Program-made: the position numbers and the translations under genes
From: the human T2T-CHM13v2.0 reference genome, Homo sapiens
Reading direction: 5' to 3' (one strand)
NCBI RefSeq assembly: GCF_009914755.1
Contig: NC_060934.1
Length of the DNA: 64,000 nucleotides
Notes under the pieces: generated by a model
Databases searched by the model: none
Told to the model about the DNA's origin: nothing
What the model saw: only the letters and a program-made list of their open reading frames with translations
Shown: positions 55,056-64,000 of the stretch, one piece after another
Position numbering within the stretch: position 1 is the stretch's first letter
Layout of the letters: the number at the start of each line of letters is the position of its first letter

Positions 55056-55384
55056 CAACAGTCCCCCCATATGCAGTTTCTCTTTCTGCTGTGTCCGTTA
55101 CCCCGCCCCTTCAGTTGCAGTCTGAAAATATTAAATGGAAAATTCTAGAAATAAGCAATGCATAAATTTTAAATTTCATGTCATTCTGAGATTGTTAAAA
55201 TTGTTATATTTTATTATTAGTTACTGTTAATCTCTTACTGTGCCTAATTTATAAGTTAAACTTCACCATAGGTATGTATAGGAAAAATCATAGTATATAT
55301 AGGGTTCAGGACCATCGAGATTTCAGGCATCCACTGGGGGCTTTGGAACATACATACCATCTGAAGATAAGGGGGGAACTACTG
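55056..55384 (+). mobile_element. MER44A (Tigger7 derivative) inserted in a MIR
   Basis: TA + caacagtcccccc...gataaggggggaactactg TIRs; MIR text at ~54950-55055 and ~55385-55450. Confidence 0.85.
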
Positions 55385-57519
55385 ATTATGTAACAATGCA
55401 TGCAAAGCATTTACCACAGTGCTGGACAAAGAGTAGGCACTCAAAAAATGCTGTCTTGTCCCTCTGAGTCCTGAATCCGAATCTCCAAAATTGTAAACAA
55501 ACTGGCTCGTAATTTTCAAAAATTCTTTCCTATGTTAAATATCTAAAGAATTTTAGAGCTGAAATAGTTCTCTGGTATTCCCTGGTCTGAGTCCCTCATT
55601 TAAGTGGTGAGAAACTTAAGAAGCTTTAGGTTCAGGATTCTTGAATTTGGTATTCTTACTATACAATAGAAAGTTTATTGGTAGCAAATAAGGCTTAAAA
55701 TTGGAATGATTTCATTTAGGTCACAGGTGAACCTACTTTTAAAAAAGTAAGAGTGATTTGTGGAAATATTCCATCTGAGTCACTGTGCCCTAAACATTAT
55801 TTTGTAATAAAAATACTTAAAAGAAACTTTATTTGGGAATTGGCAAATTACAGGGGGCTGCAGAAGTGCTAATTCCTGAGGTCCCATTAAGAAATGAGTT
55901 GATTGCTATTGCCAAAAGAGAATTTCTAGATGGGAAGAAAAAAATGTTAAGTTACAAATTAAACGTTCTTTGCTTTGGAGATCTCCTGAGCAAAGATCTC
56001 TTTGGAGATCTTTCTCATACATGTTTAGAGTCATTCCACAGGCCAAGGTTTCTTGAAAATACTCATTAGCCAAAGATAAGATCTAAAGTGAGATCAGCAA
56101 AATGCTGTTCTTTTCTCCAAAGCAGCACGGGAGAGTGGAAAGAACACTGCACAAAAAGCCAAGAGCTCCCTTCCTAGTCTCAGCTCTGCCAGTAAGTGAC
56201 AGGGTGAACTGACTGCTTCATCTCTCTCTGAGGATCTCTAAGAGTGTTTCCAGTTGGAAACCAAACTATGGTCAAAAGAGCAGAAGCAAGATCGGCCTAT
56301 AGCCTCACATTTATCCTTAGCAACAGGTACTTAAGTTGGGCCTGTCTCCTAGATGATGAAGCTGTCAAATCTCTCTTGACTCTCATATTCCTCATAAAGG
56401 TAATGTTACTCTCCTAGACACTTCAAGTTAAATTCTGGAATCATCTGAGCTCCCTCTTTTCTCTCTTAATGGTTCACTACCAATAGGCGTAACATGAAGG
56501 CTTCTTTCATATCTGGACCATTTTTTCCATTCCTGGTTCAGGCATTCGTCCCCTCTGCCTGAGTCACTGAGGTTGAGTGTCTTCTAGCCGCTGTTCCAGC
56601 AGGCGGGCCCCTCCCTCTATGCCTCTCAACACATCATCATCATCATCACATGACAAATGTCAAAGTCGAGCATGCCATCATGTCATAAACCTTTTCCTCT
56701 CAGTCAATTAAATAATTTTATAGTAGAGATCAAAAGGAACACAATTTGCTTTACGGGCAGCTTTCCTCAAACATTCATGTAAATTAATGTGTATTTTTAA
56801 GAGCACTGATATTTTATATTTATGTAATTGTTACAATGAGCTATACTGGCTGAACTGATAATATGTTGGCTATTATATCAAGGACAGCAGCTCTTTTACA
56901 TGAGAAGACTACATAAAGCTTAAGTGTATATGAACAACTCCATAAACTTAACACTGCAGTCTAAAAAATACAATTGTGTTTGTGTGTGTGTGGACACAGA
57001 GAGATACTTTGAGATCTATGATGGAGAAAGGGAAAGGCAGCACAGACAGGAAAGAGAGATGATCTAGTTTGTTAGTATTGTTTAGGATCCAGCCAAGCTT
57101 AACATTCAGAGTAGGTGTTCTCTCCAGGAAGAAGGAAGGCTTCATAAATATGTTTGGCTGCAATCATAACTCAAAGCACTTGAAAGATGTTTCCAATAAT
57201 CCTTATGCTTCAGAAATAAGAACAACACAATGACCAATGTGGTTAGAACATTCCCACAAGAGAACAGGATAACTGGTTCTAGGATGCCTTTGTTGTCTAA
57301 AATTAAAATTTAAAGTACACGGATTCTCAACATATAGTTATCAAAAAAAAGTGACGGTGAAACTACGGGTCCAGTGCCATGACATTTATAGGCACTCAAA
57401 GCCTTGCCTCTACCTCTGCAACCCCGATCTTAAAAACCCTCTGCCAAATAACCCGCTGGTCCACTCCTTGTTCCCCTAAAGCAGAGGGCACATTACTACC
57501 ACCATACCTAGGGATAGTG

Positions 57520-58118
57520 AGTGCTTACCATTTTATGTTGCCTTGACATCCACTTTAAATATAGGTTTAACTTTCTCAGAATCAGGGCTCAGTCACCCTT
57601 GACAGTTTCAAATTCCATTCCCCACCTGAATGGCTCCCACTGGTGGCAGGAAATAAAACTGAAGAGACCCAAGTCCTGCCTAGCAGGCTGGGCTCCTCAC
57701 TTTCCCACCACTTCCTTAAACAGACCGTTCAGACATTTGCTTGCAAATTTAAACTGACCACCTCTCAGTCACAACAGGACCTCCTGGAACTAGCACCTGC
57801 TTGCTTTAAACCTACCAATTAAAGCTCCCCTTAGGAAACATATTTGGATAACACACTGGACCCTAATAAGATGGTGGCCCATGGGTCTCTTTATCTCTGC
57901 CTGTGCTCCCTGGCCTATGTAGTGGAGACGGTGGGGGCCTCCGAGTGTGCCATGTACACTCGAGGGTCTAAAAATTCTTAACTTTCACATTGTAGTTGGG
58001 AGCCATGCTCATCCCTGGTGGAGAGGCTGCCCCAAAGGGACCCATGCAGGTGGCTCCCATGTTGGTGCTCTTTAGTCCAGGCCTCTCAGCTGCTGGGTGG
58101 TTACCAGCTAAGGTGACA
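57520..58118 (+). mobile_element. ERVL solo LTR (MER73/LTR47-like)
   Basis: ttaccattttatgttgccttgacatcc...agggctcagtcacccttgaca...aaggtgaca. Confidence 0.65.
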
Positions 58119-60659
58119 GAGTTTCATTCAAAGCACTAGGCTCACACCATGCCCCCTGCCTGACAACCTTCTTGCATTCTTTTTAGTACATATCCCATTC
58201 CAGACCACTGAAACCCTTTCTTCTCCTAGAACTTTTGTCACTGGCAAAAGCCCTGGGGAATCTCTCCTCTCCTCCAAATACCTACAGATCTTATTCTTTA
58301 TACTTCCATTTCACAACTAACATAGGATCTTAGCATCCTTCCTTCTTTTTGAGATCCCTGACCTTTCACTCTCAGCAGACAGTGGAAATCCATCTGAGGT
58401 AGACGTGTTTCCGAGCATCTGTATCCCCCAGGGCCTAGCAGATTCTGCATAAATAGTCATTGTTGTGAATATAATGATGCTTAAGTTATATAACAGCCAC
58501 AAAGGAGAAAAGAAAACGTTCCCTTTGACTGCTGACACATCAAGAATAAACAAATATTATAGCTGTTCAAACCAGTTGGCAAGCAGAACCCAAGCAGCAG
58601 ATGCGTTTCTGTGCTCTTTGTGGCATGTTCCAACAATACAGAATGCTACTGAGACAGCAAATCTGATACTTCCTAAAAGGAAGTGGAGTTTACAAAACAG
58701 AGTTTTCATGTAAAATCCCAGTTCCCCAAACACGAATCCACTGCGGAGAACAGAAGCAACAAGTCATTCGATCTTCCCTTTCAAGTAAGGAACACATAGA
58801 TACATATTTGATAATCTTGCCAAAGTACCAATTCCTCCTTAAATGTAAACATCACTCTCAACCACAAACATCTATTTACCAACAGGTGCTCCTAACCATA
58901 ATGGTAGCAAAGGACAGTTCTTCAAGACAATTCATAAATCCTAGAACTGTCATAGGTATACATTTATTATATGGCATTTGCATTATATGACATCATAGGT
59001 ATATAAAAGTTTTACATTTGCATTAGAGCAAGCCTCTGTCAAAAGAGCCGTTACCACCCGCACACACATTCATTCACTGGTATCCTTTGATTAGCATTAG
59101 CATATTTCTGCTTTGATGACAGATGGGGAAAAAAACACTACCACTGTTCTCAAAAGGCTGTGTCTGTCCTGCTATGCAACTAAATACTTTATTAAAATTG
59201 CCCATGACAAAAGCACTGACTTTCTAAATAACTACTCCAAGTATAAACAAGCAAATGAATTAGTCAGCAGTGTTTAACTTGCAGGTAACAAAAATGGCAC
59301 TTGAGGCATCACAGGCAAAAGCAAGGTGAGCCACATTGGCTCTAAATATCCCAGCAACGGGAAAGCCACAGGGGCAGCTGGGCACTAGGATCAGCTCAAC
59401 ACGAATTGCACCAGGACAAGATAGCATCTTTGCTTCTGGTGTTTTATCATTGGCTTTATTCTTCATTCCTAAAGTGTACCTTTTCCCACTTAATTCCCAG
59501 CTCTGCATCCAAGAGAGACAATTCCTCCTTTCACAGTTGTAATTTTAAAAATTGCCAGAAAAACTCACTGGTCCAGTTTGGGGCCATGTACCCATACAGA
59601 CTGGCTGGTCTATACTAGGACCACCTGGTTGGATTGGTGAGAGGAGCAGTAAGTTCTCTAGAAGAAAACGGGTTTAATTCTCAGAAGCAGAAGGAAGGTC
59701 TGGTTTGCCCCAAACACATCATCACCTATCAAGAAATTCCAAGCCATCCTCAACCAGGTAATAAATTACATTCTAAAAGTTCACTTCTAGAGTCAAAAGT
59801 CAATGAACTCTTCTTAGACAAGGTGGCATGGGAAAAAAAAAAACTAAGTGCACGAACTCTTATATAACACTTGGAATACATTTCACTTGACACAAGATGT
59901 CTCTAGCGTAGAGGCCAGCTTCTCTGGCCAGTCCTTAAAAACCTGTTTAACTCATAATTTAATGAAATTATATGTCAATGAAATATAATGCTGAATAATA
60001 TTTCTAATACTGTACTCAAACTCCATTCATGACATTGTTCCTAAAGGAAAATGTATTTGAAATTCCATTTAGAACAAGAAAAACATGCTCAATTTAATCC
60101 ATTTACCGAGTACCTACTAATGACAGCAGCTTTCATTTCATACACATTATTTTACATTTAATCCACATACAACACTGCAAGGCAGATATTAACAACTACA
60201 CTGAATGCGCAAAGAAACAGGGAGTCAAGAATGCTATATATGTCCAAGGTAAATCATCAAGACAAGTCAGAGCCAGCTGTACAGCCATGTTTGTCTGACC
60301 TGAAAGCTGGGACTATTGTGTCTAATACAAAGAGCAGCTAGATAGGGGTGGGCTCACAGATGAGAAGATTGAGAGCGAATGTATCAGACTCCATGTAAAT
60401 ACCTAAAACGTGAAGGAACTAGAGGGCAGTCACAGTCACTAGCCAGATTTAACTTTCTATTTCTTAAAAGAAGGTACTTCTCTATGGCTGAATAAAGAAA
60501 AATATTTCTCTAGGTAGGCTTTAAGCTACCTGATGCTTGTACTTACATGAAGATCATTTGAAAATCAATGATTTATCAATAGTATCTTCATAAAAAGTGT
60601 CTTTTGCCTGTTAAAAAAAGAAGGTACTATCTATATTAAAATACCTGTCTAAAGTGTTT

Positions 60660-61945
<1,286 letters not shown>

Positions 61946-62039
61946 ATTTTTTAAAAAGCCGTGAATATTTAAACATGTTTTGTAGATCAGGTTGGCAAGA
62001 ATGAATGAGTCTGACATTTCTCATTACATTAATCTGAGG

Positions 62040-62460
62040 TGTGCAAGTTAAAACTCTTTTTTTCCCTGAACCTGTGGCAATGTGTATGAAAAGAAAAAGT
62101 ATGCATCCCTTTAATTATATCTGGAAATATATCCAAAAATATATGTACAAAGATATTCATTGATATATCATCTGTAATAGAGAAAACAGGAAACAATCTA
62201 AACATACATCACCAGGATATTAATTAAAATAGATATGATATCATAAAATGGAGTGGTATGTATTAAAAATTACAATATTGATTTAGAGAATGTGCTGTAG
62301 CACATTGTTAAGTGGATAAAAATGATTTAATGAAAAACAAAAGTAAAAAAAGATTCACCAAAATGTTAACATAATCTGGGGGAGATTTTCTACTTTCTTT
62401 ACATTTTTCTGTGTTGCTTGAATTTTCCAAAATGAAAGTATTTTTCGTTTATAAAAAAAT
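62040..62460 (+). mobile_element. Old L1ME fragment
   Basis: atatgtacaaagatattcattg...ggaaacaatctaaac. Confidence 0.55.
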
Positions 62461-63311
62461 GTTTTAAGAGAAAATTAAAATTGGAAAAAAACAACTACCA
62501 TTAATATGACTCAGGTCTGCCAATATAAACGCAATGGACACATTTATCAACATTAATGGTATTTCATACCTTTAAAAAATCTGGTTGTGCAGTATTTAAT
62601 AGATACAAGTGAATACAGTTACCTATTTGGTATGAAATGTAGTATTAAAGTCATACCCATGAAGTTACCACCCATCCTATGAAGCAGACCTTACTGAAAC
62701 ATGGCAGCTCTCTGAGTTCACCTTCCCTTGTCTAACTGAGGCTGACAACCATTTCTTTCTGTACATGCTGGACAACAAGTTTGAAAGCCCCTGGTCCAAG
62801 ATGTGGCTTTAATAATAAATTAACCCTGTGCCTTTTGACATCAAAGTAGAATTGTGGTCAGAAGTAATGAAACAGAAAACACCCAGAATTCAATCAGGAA
62901 GAAAGGGGAACAGCTAAGTCATACATTGGCTTGACATAGAAACCACTAGTCAGACAGACCTCTATGAGCTATTGATTTCACTCCCTACTCCAAAGCCAGG
63001 ACTTGTCACTAGTAAAATGAAATTAAGTTGGATTGCCTTGACACATGTCAGGTAGTAAGACACGGAGATCTAAAATTGCGAGAGAACAACTCCAAATTAT
63101 TCCAAATTGAAATAATGGGAAAAAGCACCCCAATTAACAATGAACTCCATTTCATACATCATAGAAAAGAGAACCACTAACTTGAAGGGAAACAAAAATA
63201 ATCAAATCAAAGAAAACAATAGAAATTTACTAAGAACTTTGTTGTAATAGTATGTTAAGCACTTTATAACAGAAAAAATTAATGTATCATCTGTGAAATC
63301 AAAGAACTTAC

Positions 63312-63644
<333 letters not shown>

Positions 63645-64000
63645 CTAAACTAGTGAATGAGTCAGTATAAATTGACTGAAAACTACAAATTGAGAACACA
63701 GCAGTCTAGCATGTAGTACAAATTAAATGGCACAGTAAATACAAGCTAAGGAAGGGGGGAAAGAGAAGGTAAGCTGAACTAACCAAAAGCAACGACACTT
63801 AACATTTTAAGTCGACATACAACAAAGTGGGGACACTACATAAACAGGTCACTGAGGATCAAAGCACACCCTTTATCAGCACCCAACATTGTCTACCTTG
63901 TTGGATAGCTACTTGAATAGACAGCACCCACACCATACTCTTCGATTCCTGAAGGCTGGGTCCAGGGCTTGGGTTATTTTAAACCTCCAGAAATCCACAC

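Noticed and set aside
60466-60635. ~20-bp repeat aaaagaaggtact(t/a)(c)tctat about 150 bp apart
   Set aside because: Short, A-rich and imperfect; could be chance or an old TSD, with nothing identifiable between the copies

Overview
Primate, very probably human or great-ape, genomic DNA: it carries AluY/S/J, FLAM/FRAM, L1PA4 to L1ME, MaLR/ERV solo LTRs, Tigger/MER DNA transposon relics, MIR, L2 and CR1. No protein-coding region can be supported. The supplied ORFs are short and are either repeat-derived (L1 ORF2 C-terminus, Alu, a Tigger transposase relic) or chance. The main functional landmark is a ~430-bp CpG island at ~54.2-54.7 kb. It has promoter motifs and a consensus minus-strand donor (CC|GTAAGT at 54255/54254), so it probably marks an ATG-less first exon. 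The + strand looks A-rich on both sides, which suggests the whole window is intron of a large minus-strand gene and the island is an internal or alternative promoter. I cannot name the gene. I found no evidence of a new multi-gene biological system. The most unusual things visible are DNA-repair and retrotransposition scars: (1) a perfect 97-bp copy pasted 1.4 kb away next to a scrambled junction; (2) a 39-bp templated insertion flanked by a 10-bp direct repeat; (3) a twin-primed L1 with a 4x26-bp stutter at its inversion junction and a second L1 nested inside it; (4) several local tandem duplications. Repeat subfamily names come from recalled consensus features rather than a RepeatMasker run, and boundaries of old repeats are approximate.
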